Origin: Candidatus Omnitrophota bacterium
Lineage (GTDB): Bacteria > Omnitrophota > Omnitrophia > Omnitrophales > JACQLI01
DNA length: 64,000 nucleotides
Reading direction: 5' to 3'
Assembly (NCBI GenBank): GCA_016179745.1
Contig: JACPCP010000015.1
Span: forward strand, 45,608-109,607
Positions 8,765 to 18,142 of this stretch are shown in pieces. Position numbers and translations under genes: made by a program. Each line of letters opens with the position of its first letter. Within the stretch, counting starts at the first letter, position 1. The notes beneath the pieces were generated by a model, which saw nothing but the letters and a program-made list of their open reading frames with translations, had not been told where the DNA came from and searched no databases.

Positions 8765-9580
8765 ATGTCAGAACTCCAAACCGCCGCTGAGAAGACCCCC
8801 TTCAAATCCGATCTCTTAAAAGGAAAAAAGGGATTGGTGGTCGGCGTGGCCAACAAGCGCTCCATCGCCTGGGCCGTTGCCAGGGCCCTGTCGAACCACG
8901 GCGCCCAGCTTGCCTTTACCTATCAGGGAGACCGCCTCAAGGAAAGCGTGGCGGAACTGGCGGCGACCCTTCCCGGGAAATCACCGCTTTACCCTTGTGA
9001 TGTGACCCAGGATGAGGAAATCAAAAAAGTTTTCGCCGGGCTCGGCGAGGAATTCGGCTCCCTTCAATTTCTGGTCCATGCCGTGGCCTTTGCCAAAAAA
9101 GAGGATTTGGACGGCCGCACGGTGGACACCTCCCGGGATGGTTTTCAATTGGCGCTCAATGTCAGTTCTTATTCCCTCATCGCCCTGACCAAGGCCGCCG
9201 AGCCGCTTCTTGAAAAAGAGGGCGGCAGCGTTGCGGCGCTCACGTATCTGGGTTCCGAAAAGGTGATTCCCAATTACAATGTCATGGGCGTGGCCAAGGC
9301 AGCGCTTGAGTCCGCCGTCCGGTATCTGGCCTACGACCTCGGGAAAAAGAGAATCCGGGTGAACGGGGTTTCAGCAGGTCCGGTGAACACACTGGCCGCC
9401 CGTGGCATCTCGGGGTTTACCTCGATGCTCGAGGGGCACCGCCACCGGGCGCCGCTCGGCCGCAATGTGGAAGTGGAAGAAGTGGCCAATACCGCTTTCT
9501 TTCTTTTGAGTCCGCTTTCAAGCGGTATCACCGGTGAAGTGATTTACTGCGATGCGGGCTACCGCATCATGGGCGCCTAG
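8765..9580 (+). CDS. fabI: Enoyl-[acyl-carrier-protein] reductase (NADH)
   Basis: GLVVGVANKRSIAW, the catalytic region YNVMGVAKAALESAVRYLAYDLG, and RVNGVSAGPVNTLAA. 271 aa. Confidence 0.92.
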   Translation: MSELQTAAEKTPFKSDLLKGKKGLVVGVANKRSIAWAVARALSNHGAQLAFTYQGDRLKESVAELAATLPGKSPLYPCDVTQDEEIKKVFAGLGEEFGSLQFLVHAVAFAKKEDLDGRTVDTSRDGFQLALNVSSYSLIALTKAAEPLLEKEGGSVAALTYLGSEKVIPNYNVMGVAKAALESAVRYLAYDLGKKRIRVNGVSAGPVNTLAARGISGFTSMLEGHRHRAPLGRNVEVEEVANTAFFLLSPLSSGITGEVIYCDAGYRIMGA

Positions 9581-9591
9581 CCGCAATTTTC

Positions 9592-10197
9592 GTGTCTTCC
9601 AATATCCTCGTCTTCGACCTCGAAACCCAGCGGTCCTTCAAAGAAGTCGGCAAGCAGAATCTTCACAAGCTCCGTGTCTCGGTCGTCTGTGTTTTTGATT
9701 ACCTCACGGGAAGCTATGAAAGTTACGAGGAAAAGGATCTCATCCGGCTCGACAAGAGGATCCGGGAGGCGGACCTTTTGATTGGTTTCAATATCCGGCG
9801 TTTCGACCTTCCGGTCCTGGCGCCCTACCTCTTTGTTCCCGTGGAGAGTTTTCAGGTGCTGGATTTGATGGAGGCGGTGGAAAAGGAGCGGGGACACCGG
9901 GCGAGCCTGGAGTCCCTTGCCCAGCCGACCCTGAGGCTCCGTAAAAGCGGGACCGGGATTGATGCCCTGGCGCTTTTTCAGGAAGGAAAGATGGAAGAGT
10001 TGAAGAGTTACTGCTTGAACGACGTCCGCCTCACCAAAGAGGTCTATGACTACGGCGTGGCGAACGGCAAGGTTTACTTCACCTCCTCCTGGGACTACAA
10101 AACCTACGAAATCCCCGTCCATTGGAAGGAAGAGACCGAGCAAGCTTTGAAGGCTGTCAAACCCACAGCTCCTGAGTTTCCCACCAGTTTGTTTTAA
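9592..10197 (+). CDS. RNase H-like / DEDD-type 3'-5' exonuclease domain protein
   Basis: GTG start. ILVFDLETQ (DxE motif), IGFNIRRFDLPVL and YCLNDVRLT are typical of exonuclease-fold proteins. Confidence 0.6.
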   Translation: MSSNILVFDLETQRSFKEVGKQNLHKLRVSVVCVFDYLTGSYESYEEKDLIRLDKRIREADLLIGFNIRRFDLPVLAPYLFVPVESFQVLDLMEAVEKERGHRASLESLAQPTLRLRKSGTGIDALALFQEGKMEELKSYCLNDVRLTKEVYDYGVANGKVYFTSSWDYKTYEIPVHWKEETEQALKAVKPTAPEFPTSLF

Positions 10198-10269
10198 ATA
10201 AGCTGCCCCCTTTTTATTTCTTAACCTATTTATATATAACCTGTTATGTCTAAATAAGGCCCTTCATTT

Positions 10270-10303
10270 GAAGTTTGACAAAATTAGTCAGGTATCCTAT
10301 CAT
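10270..10303 (+). promoter_or_regulatory. Promoter of the Fe-S operon (TTGACA-17-TATCAT), overlapped by a candidate Rrf2/IscR-type operator (TGAC-AAAATTA-GTCA)
   Basis: TTGACA lies at 10275-10280 and TATCAT at 10298-10303. The inverted repeat TGAC N7 GTCA at 10276-10290 resembles the GACT-N-AGTC core of IscR type-1 sites. Confidence 0.45.
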
Positions 10304-10312
10304 TTCATTGCC

Positions 10313-11545
10313 ATGTTGAAGCTTCCCATCTATATGGATAATCATGCGACGACCCCCATCGACCCCCGTGTTCTGGAGGCCATGGGGAGTTGTTTGCGTG
10401 AGCATTTTGGAAACGCCTCGAGCCTGAACCACCCTTTCGGCTGGCAGGCCCAGAAGTTGGTGGAGCGGGCCCGGGCCCAGATCGCCCGCCTCCTTCACGC
10501 CGACTCAAAGGAAATTGTTTTCACAAGCGGCGCCACGGAATCGAACAATCTGGCCCTCAAGGGGATTGCCGAAATCTACGGGGAAAAGGGCCGTCACCTC
10601 ATTATGCAGGTCACGGAGCACAAGTCCGTCCTTGACCCTGCCCGCCATTTGGAGAGGCACGGGTTCCAAGTGACTTATCTTCCCGTTGATTCCTACGGCC
10701 AGATTCGTTTGGACGAGCTAGAGCGGGCTATCACCGGCAAAACCATTTTGATTTCGATCATGGCCGCCAATAACGAGATTGGGACCCTCGAACCGATTGA
10801 AGAGATTGGAAGAATTGCAAAGGAGAAAGGGGTCCTTTTTCACGCTGACGCCGCCCAGGCGGTCGGAAGAATTCCCGTGGACGTGGAGAAAATGGGGATC
10901 GATCTCCTTTCCTTTTCGGCGCACAAGATGTATGGCCCGAAGGGGATCGGGGCGCTTTATGTGAGGAGAAAAAATCCACGGGTCAGACTGGCGCCCCAAA
11001 TTCACGGGGGCGGCCAGGAGGGGGGGCTCCGGTCCGGGACGCTCAATGTGCCTGCGATCGTGGGATTTGGCGAGGCCTGTGAAATTGCGGCAAGGGAACT
11101 TGAGACGGAGACCGAACGGATCCTGAGACTCCGGACGAGGCTCTACGAGGCCGTCACCCGGGGCCTTGACGAAGTCACCTTGAATGGGCATCCCCGGAAC
11201 CGTCTGGCCGGGAATTTGAACCTTAGTTTTTCCGGGGTCGAGGGCGAGTCTTTATTGATGAGTTTGAGTGAAGAGATTGCCGTGTCTTCGGGTTCCGCCT
11301 GCACGCAGGCGAGGGTCGAACCTTCCTACGTTTTAAAGGCGCTCGGCCTGGCCGAGGATCTTGTCCATTCGTCGATCCGGTTTGGATTGGGCCGTTTCAA
11401 TACTGAAGAGGAGGTGGATTATACGGCCCGGCGGGTGGTCCAAACGGTCCGCCGGTTGCGTGAAATCTCTCCTCTTTACGAAAAAACCGGGTCCGGAAAA
11501 AAATCGGAAAGAAAACCGACCCTTCAGGAGGGCCTCCCAAAATGA
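10313..11545 (+). CDS. iscS: Class I cysteine desulfurase (IscS/NifS type)
   Basis: YMDNHATTPIDPRVLEAM, a PLP-Lys region SFSAHKMYGPKGIGALYV, and the active-site loop SSGSACTQ. The ATG at 10313 is in frame with the longer ORF from 10268. Confidence 0.9.
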   Translation: MLKLPIYMDNHATTPIDPRVLEAMGSCLREHFGNASSLNHPFGWQAQKLVERARAQIARLLHADSKEIVFTSGATESNNLALKGIAEIYGEKGRHLIMQVTEHKSVLDPARHLERHGFQVTYLPVDSYGQIRLDELERAITGKTILISIMAANNEIGTLEPIEEIGRIAKEKGVLFHADAAQAVGRIPVDVEKMGIDLLSFSAHKMYGPKGIGALYVRRKNPRVRLAPQIHGGGQEGGLRSGTLNVPAIVGFGEACEIAARELETETERILRLRTRLYEAVTRGLDEVTLNGHPRNRLAGNLNLSFSGVEGESLLMSLSEEIAVSSGSACTQARVEPSYVLKALGLAEDLVHSSIRFGLGRFNTEEEVDYTARRVVQTVRRLREISPLYEKTGSGKKSERKPTLQEGLPK

Positions 11546-11865
11546 TTTCAGTCACTTCTCAGGCCATCAAGGAAGTCAAAAGGCTCCTGACGGAACAAAC
11601 GCCCCGGGAGGGGCTGGGGCTTCGGGTCGGCGTCCGGGGCGGCGGCTGCTCCGGCCTTTCCTATTCCCTTAATTTTGATGTGAAACACGAGGGAGACAAT
11701 GTCTTCCGGGAAGAGGGGACACTGATTTACGTGGATCCCAAAAGTCTCCTTTATCTGGAAGGGATGACCCTGGATTTTTCGGACAGTTTGCAGGGCAGAG
11801 GATTTAAATTCATCAACCCCAATGCCAGCAAAACCTGCGGCTGCGGGGAATCTTTCTCGGTCTGA
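11542..11865 (+). CDS. iscA: IscA/HesB-family Fe-S cluster insertion protein
   Basis: 107 aa. GLRVGVRGGGCSGLSY... with C-terminal CGCGESF. The start overlaps the iscS stop by 4 nt. Confidence 0.9.
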   Translation: MISVTSQAIKEVKRLLTEQTPREGLGLRVGVRGGGCSGLSYSLNFDVKHEGDNVFREEGTLIYVDPKSLLYLEGMTLDFSDSLQGRGFKFINPNASKTCGCGESFSV

Positions 11866-11883
11866 TAAAGGAGGCAAGAGCCC

Positions 11884-12330
11884 ATGCGATACACGACGAA
11901 GACCGAATACGGAGTGGTTTGTCTGGCCCACATGGCCCGCCGGTCCACCAACGGCGCCGTGACCGTGAAGGAGATAGCGGAAAAGGAGAGTTTTTCTCCC
12001 GATTACGTTGAGAAAATTCTGCACACGCTGCGTTCCGCCAATATCGTCCGTTCCCATCAGGGAAAACAGGGGGGATTTTCCCTCGCCCGCCATCCTTCCG
12101 AGATCACCTTAAAAGAGGTCATCGAGGCGCTGGAGGGGGCGACCTTTGATGTCTTCTGCGAGCCCGAGGTGAGGGAAAACATTGTCTGCACACATTACGG
12201 GATGTGCGGCATCCGTCCGGTGTGGGACCGGACCAAGGAAGTCCTGGACCATCTCTACGGAGGCATTACGCTGGAAATGATGGCCGGGGGAGAAAGGGAA
12301 TCCAGGGGTTTGATCGCTGTCGAAAGGTGA
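11884..12330 (+). CDS. Rrf2-family transcriptional regulator (IscR/SufR-like, with Cys ligands)
   Basis: MRYTTKTEYGVVCLAHMA is a typical Rrf2 N-terminal wHTH. A cysteine cluster follows: C..EVRENIVCTHYGMCGIRPVW. Confidence 0.85.
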   Translation: MRYTTKTEYGVVCLAHMARRSTNGAVTVKEIAEKESFSPDYVEKILHTLRSANIVRSHQGKQGGFSLARHPSEITLKEVIEALEGATFDVFCEPEVRENIVCTHYGMCGIRPVWDRTKEVLDHLYGGITLEMMAGGERESRGLIAVER

Positions 12331-12333
12331 GGA

Positions 12334-13767
12334 ATGAAAAAGGCTGAAGAGCTGATCAATCAGGAATACAAATACGGCTTTGTGACCGAGATCGAGGCCG
12401 ATACGGTCCCGCCCGGCCTGAATCAGGACGTCATCCGTTTGATTTCTTCCAAAAAGAAAGAGCCGCCTTTCATGCTGGAGTGGCGCCTCAAGGCCTACGA
12501 GCGATGGCTCACGATGAAAGAGCCCACGTGGCCGAAGGTCCACCACCCGCCCATCGATTATCAAAAGATCATTTATTACTCGGCGCCCAAACAGAAGAAA
12601 TCGCTTTCGAGCCTGGAGGAGGTCGACACGGAACTCCTGAAGACCTTCGAGAAACTCGGCATTCCCCTCGAGGAGCAAAAGCGCCTCTCGGGTGTTGCGG
12701 TTGACGCCGTCTTTGACAGCGTTTCCGTGGCCACGACTTTTAAGGAGAAGCTGAAGGAGCTCGGCATTATTTTCTGCTCCTTCTCCGAGGCCGTCCAGGA
12801 GCATCCGGACCTTATCCGGAAGTATCTGGGTTCGGTCGTGCCCGCCAACGACAATTACTACGCCGCCCTGAATTCGGCGGTTTTCAGCGACGGCTCCTTC
12901 TGCTTTGTCCCGAAGGGGGTGCGGTGCCCCATGGAGCTTTCGACTTATTTCCGGATCAATTCGGCCGACACCGGCCAATTTGAGCGGACCCTGATCGTGG
13001 CGGAGGAGGGAAGCTCGGTGAGTTACCTTGAAGGTTGTACGGCCCCGATCCGGGACAAGAACCAGCTTCATGCGGCCGTGGTGGAGCTCGTGGCGCTCGA
13101 GGGCGCCCGGATCAAATATTCCACGATCCAGAACTGGTATGCCGGCGACAAGGAAGGGAAGGGCGGAATTTTCAATTTCGTCACCAAGCGGGGCAAGTGC
13201 GCCGGAAGAAATTCAAAAATTTCCTGGACCCAGGTCGAGACCGGGGCTGCCATCACCTGGAAGTATCCGAGCGTGATCCTTCAGGGCGACAACTCGGTTG
13301 GGGAGTTTTATTCCGTGGCCCTCACTCACAATTACCAGCAGGCCGACACGGGCACGAAGATGATCCACATCGGAAAAAACACAAAGAGCACAATCCTCTC
13401 CAAGGGGATTGCCGCCGGGCACGGATCGAATTCCTACCGGGGCCTGGTGAAGGTGCTCCAAAAGGCGGCCCAGGCCCGCAATTACACCCAATGCGATTCA
13501 CTCCTTTTGGGCGACCGCTCGAGCGCCAACACCTTTCCTTACATTGAGGTCCGGAACCGTTCCGCCCGGGTCGAGCACGAGGCCACCACCTCCAAGATCA
13601 GCGAAGACCAGCTTTTCTACTGCCGGAGCCGTGGGATCACAGGCGAAAACGCCGTCTCGATGATCGTGAACGGTTTTTGCAAGGAAGTGTTCAAAAATCT
13701 TCCCATGGAATTCGCCGTTGAGGCGACGAAATTGATGAACGTCAGCCTGGAAGGGGCCATCGCTTAG
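12334..13767 (+). CDS. sufB: Fe-S cluster assembly protein SufB
   Basis: 477 aa. Contains [23 protein letters not shown] and FYCRSRGI...FCKEV, all typical of SufB. Confidence 0.95.
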   Translation: MKKAEELINQEYKYGFVTEIEADTVPPGLNQDVIRLISSKKKEPPFMLEWRLKAYERWLTMKEPTWPKVHHPPIDYQKIIYYSAPKQKKSLSSLEEVDTELLKTFEKLGIPLEEQKRLSGVAVDAVFDSVSVATTFKEKLKELGIIFCSFSEAVQEHPDLIRKYLGSVVPANDNYYAALNSAVFSDGSFCFVPKGVRCPMELSTYFRINSADTGQFERTLIVAEEGSSVSYLEGCTAPIRDKNQLHAAVVELVALEGARIKYSTIQNWYAGDKEGKGGIFNFVTKRGKCAGRNSKISWTQVETGAAITWKYPSVILQGDNSVGEFYSVALTHNYQQADTGTKMIHIGKNTKSTILSKGIAAGHGSNSYRGLVKVLQKAAQARNYTQCDSLLLGDRSSANTFPYIEVRNRSARVEHEATTSKISEDQLFYCRSRGITGENAVSMIVNGFCKEVFKNLPMEFAVEATKLMNVSLEGAIA

Positions 13768-13781
13768 GAGGGAATCGGGAA

Positions 13782-14540
13782 ATGTTGGAAATTCGAAACT
13801 TGCACGTGACGGTGGGTGAGGCCGGGATCGAGATCCTGAAGGGAATCAATCTCAAGGTCGGCCGGGGAGAAGTGCACGCCATCATGGGCCCCAATGGCTC
13901 CGGGAAAAGCACACTCGCCCGGACCCTCGCCGGACATCCCGATTCCAATGTGACTCAGGGTGAGATCCTCTACGAGGGTAAAAATCTGATTGGAATGGAG
14001 CCGGACCAAAGGGCCCGGGAGGGAGTTTTTATGGCCTTCCAGTATCCCGTCGAAATTCCGGGGATCAGCACGGCCTATTTTTTGAGGGCCGCCCTGAATG
14101 CGGTCCGGACCCAACGGGGGCTGGAAGAGCTGGATGCCGTTGAGTTTCTCGGCCTTCTCAAGGAGAAGATGAAAATTGTGGAGATGGACCCGGGCCTCCT
14201 CAACCGTCCTGTGAATGAAGGTTTCTCGGGTGGCGAGAAGAAGCGGAACGAGATCCTTCAGATGGCGGTCCTGGAGCCCAAACTCGCCATCCTGGATGAG
14301 ACGGATTCCGGCCTTGATATTGACGCCTTGAAGGTGGTTGCTGCCGGGGTCAACCGGCTGAAGAGTCCCGACCGTTCCATCGTCCTTGTCACACACTACC
14401 AGCGGCTTTTGAATTACATCACGCCCGATTTCGTTCATATCCTCCTTGAAGGAAGAATCGTAAAGTCCGGGAAAAAGGAATTGGCGCTCGAGCTCGAGGC
14501 CAAAGGATACGACTGGCTCAAGGGGGAGGTCCATGTTTGA
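13782..14540 (+). CDS. sufC: Fe-S cluster assembly ATPase SufC
   Basis: Walker [10 protein letters not shown], signature [13 protein letters not shown], and Walker [13 protein letters not shown]. Confidence 0.95.
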   Translation: MLEIRNLHVTVGEAGIEILKGINLKVGRGEVHAIMGPNGSGKSTLARTLAGHPDSNVTQGEILYEGKNLIGMEPDQRAREGVFMAFQYPVEIPGISTAYFLRAALNAVRTQRGLEELDAVEFLGLLKEKMKIVEMDPGLLNRPVNEGFSGGEKKRNEILQMAVLEPKLAILDETDSGLDIDALKVVAAGVNRLKSPDRSIVLVTHYQRLLNYITPDFVHILLEGRIVKSGKKELALELEAKGYDWLKGEVHV

Positions 14541-15870
14541 GATCGACCCCTGCCGGGAGGCCTTCCGGACTTTAGAGAAAAGGGAAGCTTCAAAGGTTCC
14601 CCCCGAACTCGTGTCTCTGCGCCGCACGGCCTTTTCACGTTTCACCGAGCTCGGTTTTCCGACTCCCCGTGAGGAAGAGTGGAAATACACGAACGTTTCG
14701 CCCCTCCTGAAGCATCAATTTAAATTTTCGATTGAACAGCCGGCCAACGGGTTGACGGCTGAGGAAATCCACTCTTTCAGGCTCTCCGGCCTGGCCGGCG
14801 CCCAGCTCGTGTTTGTCAACGGCCTCTTTTCCCCGAAACTTTCCCACACCGGCGAACTTCCCTCCGGGGTGAAGGCGGCGAGCCTTTCAGAAGCCCTCAT
14901 TCACGATCCCGGCCTTGTCCGCCCCGAGCTGGCCCGGACCGCCCCCTACGGCCGGAACGGATTCACAGCTCTCAACACAGCCTTCATTCACGACGGCGCC
15001 TTCATTCATCTTTCAAGGGGGAGCGGTTGTGAGAAACCGATCCACCTGGTCTTCATCACCCAAACGCCCTCAGGCCCGCTCATTTCCCAGCCGAGAAACC
15101 TGATCGTGCTCGAGGCCGGGAGCCGTGCAGCCGTCATTGAAAGCTACTATTTTCTGGACGGGAAGGCCTACCTGACGAATGCCGTGACGGAAATCGTCCT
15201 CAAGGAAGATGCCTCGCTGGATTATTACAAGGTCCAGCGGGAAGATGCTCGAAACGGTTTTCATGTCGCCACGACCGGCGTGCGCCAGGACCGAAACAGC
15301 CGGTTTTTCTCCTTCTCGATTTCTCTCGGCGCAAAGCTGGAGAGGGAAGACCTCAACGTCCTGCTGGGGGCAGAGGGTTCGGAATGCACCCTGAACGGTC
15401 TTTATCTGGTCTCCGACGGCCAGCACATCGACCATCACACGGTGATTGACCATTTGAAACCGCAGGGCACAAGCCATCAGCTTTACAAGGGCATTCTGAA
15501 GGGAAAGTCCCACGCTGTTTTCAACGGAAAGGTTTTTGTGCGGGAGGACGCCCGGAAGTCCGATGCGGAGCAGGTGAATAAAAATCTTCTTTTGTCCGAC
15601 GAGGCGGGTGTCGACACCAAACCCCAGCTTGAGATCTCCAATGACGATGTCAAATGCACGCACGGGGCGGCCGTCGGGCAACTGGACGAAGACGCCCTTT
15701 TCTATCTGAAGTCCCGGGGCCTTGACGACGAAAACTCCAGAGACCTCCTGACCCACGGGTTTGCGGCCGATGTGATCAACCGGGCCCGGATCGACGCCGT
15801 CCGGATGGAGCTCGACCGGGAACTTTGGGCCTGGCTTCAGAACGATCATTTGGCGGGGGAAACGAAATGA
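14533..15870 (+). CDS. sufD: Fe-S cluster assembly protein SufD
   Basis: 445 aa. Shows SufB/D beta-helix family similarity ([26 protein letters not shown]) and overlaps sufC by 8 nt. Confidence 0.9.
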   Translation: MFEIDPCREAFRTLEKREASKVPPELVSLRRTAFSRFTELGFPTPREEEWKYTNVSPLLKHQFKFSIEQPANGLTAEEIHSFRLSGLAGAQLVFVNGLFSPKLSHTGELPSGVKAASLSEALIHDPGLVRPELARTAPYGRNGFTALNTAFIHDGAFIHLSRGSGCEKPIHLVFITQTPSGPLISQPRNLIVLEAGSRAAVIESYYFLDGKAYLTNAVTEIVLKEDASLDYYKVQREDARNGFHVATTGVRQDRNSRFFSFSISLGAKLEREDLNVLLGAEGSECTLNGLYLVSDGQHIDHHTVIDHLKPQGTSHQLYKGILKGKSHAVFNGKVFVREDARKSDAEQVNKNLLLSDEAGVDTKPQLEISNDDVKCTHGAAVGQLDEDALFYLKSRGLDDENSRDLLTHGFAADVINRARIDAVRMELDRELWAWLQNDHLAGETK

Positions 15871-17096
15871 TCCGGGATGCCTTCGACGCCGTCAGGGTCC
15901 GGAAAAACTTCCCGGCCTTAAACCAGAAAATTTACGGGAAACCCTTGGTTTATCTCGACAATGCAGCCACCACCCAGAAGCCAAAGTCAGTGATTGACGC
16001 CCTCGAGCAGTATTACTCTTCAGAGAATGCGAACATCCACCGGGGGATTTACTATTTGAGCCAGCAGGCGACGAACGCCTATGAAGGGGTCCGTGCCAGG
16101 GTCCGGCAATTCCTCAATGCCCGGTCCAGCGAGGAAATCATTTTTGTCCGGGGCGCCACTGAGGGCATCAACCTGGTGGCCCAGTCCTACGGCCGAACCT
16201 ATGTCAAAGAGGGCGATGAAATTGTCGTCTCCGTCATGGAACATCATTCCAATATCGTCCCGTGGCAGATGCTTTGTGACGAAGCGGGCGCCAGGCTTCG
16301 AGTCATTCCAATCAATGACGAAGGCGAGATTTTGACGGGAGAGTATGAAAACCTTCTGAACGAGAGGACCAAACTTGTTTCAATTGCCCACGTTTCGAAT
16401 GTCATCGGCACCCTCAATCCCGTCAAGGAGATGGTCGAAAAGGCCCACGGGCGGGGTATCCCTGTTTTGGTGGACGGGGCCCAGGCCGTGCCGCATCTGA
16501 AAGTGGATGTTCAGGATCTGGACTGCGATTTTCTTGTTTTCTCCGGCCACAAGATGTTCGGGCCGACCGGGGTCGGGGTCCTTTACGGAAAATCGGAGCT
16601 GCTTGAGAAAATGCCGCCCTACCAGGGCGGGGGCGACATGATCAGCTCGGTCACGTTTGAGAAGACGGTTTACAATAAAATTCCCTACAAGTTTGAGGCC
16701 GGCACCCCGCACATTGCGGGAGTGATCGGACTGGGCCGGGCGATCGATTACCTGAATGAAATCGGGATGGAGGAGATCGCCGCTTACGAGGAGGAACTTT
16801 TAAGGGTTGCTACCGAGGCGCTCGGCCGAGTCCCGGGGCTCCGGCTCATCGGCACGGCAAGGAAGAAATCAGCCATCGTGTCATTTGTCCTGAAGGAGGT
16901 GCACCCGCATGACATCGGCACCATTTTGGACCGCCAGGGCGTGGCGATCCGGGCGGGCCATCACTGCGCCATGCCTTTGATGCAGCGCTTCGGCGTGCCG
17001 GCCACGGCCCGGGCGTCTTTTGCCTTCTACAATACGAAAGAGGATGTCGACGCCCTTTGCCGGGCGCTTGGCAAAGTCCGTGAGGTGTTTAAATAA
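15867..17096 (+). CDS. sufS: Class II cysteine desulfurase SufS
   Basis: ATGA overlap with sufD. Contains YLDNAATTQKP, FSGHKMFGPTGVGVLYG and RAGHHCAMPL. Confidence 0.92.
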   Translation: MIRDAFDAVRVRKNFPALNQKIYGKPLVYLDNAATTQKPKSVIDALEQYYSSENANIHRGIYYLSQQATNAYEGVRARVRQFLNARSSEEIIFVRGATEGINLVAQSYGRTYVKEGDEIVVSVMEHHSNIVPWQMLCDEAGARLRVIPINDEGEILTGEYENLLNERTKLVSIAHVSNVIGTLNPVKEMVEKAHGRGIPVLVDGAQAVPHLKVDVQDLDCDFLVFSGHKMFGPTGVGVLYGKSELLEKMPPYQGGGDMISSVTFEKTVYNKIPYKFEAGTPHIAGVIGLGRAIDYLNEIGMEEIAAYEEELLRVATEALGRVPGLRLIGTARKKSAIVSFVLKEVHPHDIGTILDRQGVAIRAGHHCAMPLMQRFGVPATARASFAFYNTKEDVDALCRALGKVREVFK

Positions 17097-17575
17097 TGTC
17101 TGAACTTGAGGAACTTTATCAGGAAGTCATTATTGATCACAGCAAGAGCCCGAGGAATTTTCATGCGCTTAAAGAAGCCAATCGTCACGCTGAGGGATAC
17201 AATCCGCTTTGCGGGGACCATTTTAAGGTGGCTCTCCGGGTGGAGGGCGATGTGATCCAGGAGATCGGGTTTGAAGGCACGGGCTGCGCCATCTCCAAGG
17301 CCTCGGCCTCGATGATGACGGGGAGCGTCAAGGGAAAGACCGTGACGGAGGCGAAGGCCCTCTTTGAGGAATTTAGAAATTTATTCGCTGGCGAATCAAT
17401 TCAAAAAGCGAACGTAGAACGGCTTGGAAAACTGGCGGCGTTTGCCGGCGTTCGGGAGTATCCGGTGCGGGTGAAGTGCGCCACCCTGGCCTGGCATACG
17501 CTCAAGGCCGGGCTCGAAGGGGAAGGACAAACGGTTTCGACCGAGCTGCCGTCCACCGAGTGGGAAGCAGGGTGA
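17096..17575 (+). CDS. sufU: SufU-type (IscU-like) sulfur-transfer/scaffold protein
   Basis: NPLCGD, GTGCAISKASASMM and VKCATLAW motifs. TAATG overlap with sufS. Confidence 0.88.
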   Translation: MSELEELYQEVIIDHSKSPRNFHALKEANRHAEGYNPLCGDHFKVALRVEGDVIQEIGFEGTGCAISKASASMMTGSVKGKTVTEAKALFEEFRNLFAGESIQKANVERLGKLAAFAGVREYPVRVKCATLAWHTLKAGLEGEGQTVSTELPSTEWEAG

Positions 17576-17582
17576 GGAAGAA

Positions 17583-18140
17583 ATGGAAATTACAGAGTCT
17601 TTGAAACTTTTGCGTGACTGCGTGGCCACCCAGATTCCGAGCGGAATTCCGGTGAAGCTCCCGGCCGGGAGCCAAGTGAAGGTGACTCAGTCTTTGGGGG
17701 GAAATTTTACGGTCCTGACCGAAACAGGCCTGATGGTCCGCATTGCGGCCGCAGAGGGCGACGCCCTCGGCAAAAAATCCGAGGCCGGCCCGGCGGAAGC
17801 GGCCCTCTCCGTGGAAGTTTCACCGGAGGCGCTCGAGAAATTGGTCTGGGGCGAGCTCCGGACCTGTTACGACCCCGAGATCCCCGTCAATATCGTGGAT
17901 CTGGGCCTGATTTATCTTTGCCGGGTCACCCCCGTTCCGGAAGGCGGAAATCAAGTCCTTGTCAAAATGACGCTGACGGCCCCCGGCTGCGGAATGGGCG
18001 GGGTCCTCAAGGCCGATGCCGAGGCGAAGATCGGAAGGCTCGCCGGGGTCCGGTCGGTCCAGGTCGAACTCGTCGTGGACCCGCCCTGGAATCAGGGCAT
18101 GATGTCCGAGGCCGCCAAACTTCAGCTCGGTTTACTGTAA
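17583..18140 (+). CDS. sufT: SufT-like Fe-S assembly protein (DUF59/MIP18 domain with N-terminal extension)
   Basis: C-terminal YDPEIPVNIVDLGLIY...MTLTAPGCGMG...VELVVDPPW is a DUF59 signature. At 185 aa the length fits long SufT. Confidence 0.75.
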   Translation: MEITESLKLLRDCVATQIPSGIPVKLPAGSQVKVTQSLGGNFTVLTETGLMVRIAAAEGDALGKKSEAGPAEAALSVEVSPEALEKLVWGELRTCYDPEIPVNIVDLGLIYLCRVTPVPEGGNQVLVKMTLTAPGCGMGGVLKADAEAKIGRLAGVRSVQVELVVDPPWNQGMMSEAAKLQLGLL

Positions 18141-18142
18141 CC

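Noticed and set aside
12109-15849. Long antisense ORFs opposite sufB, sufC and sufD (12109-13071, 13764-14690, 15070-15849). Similar ones lie at 36343-37236, 38660-39622, 40756-41550, 35130-35876 and 18122-19996.
   Set aside because: They are shadow ORFs typical of GC-rich coding DNA. Their translations are R/G/P-rich with no motifs, and the sense strand carries unambiguous conserved genes.
17918-18142. 75-codon N-terminal extension of the ppc ORF
   Set aside because: It overlaps sufT in another frame and is Arg/Gly/Pro-rich. PEPC homology (LRDEVRFLGDCLGRVL) begins just after the sufT stop.
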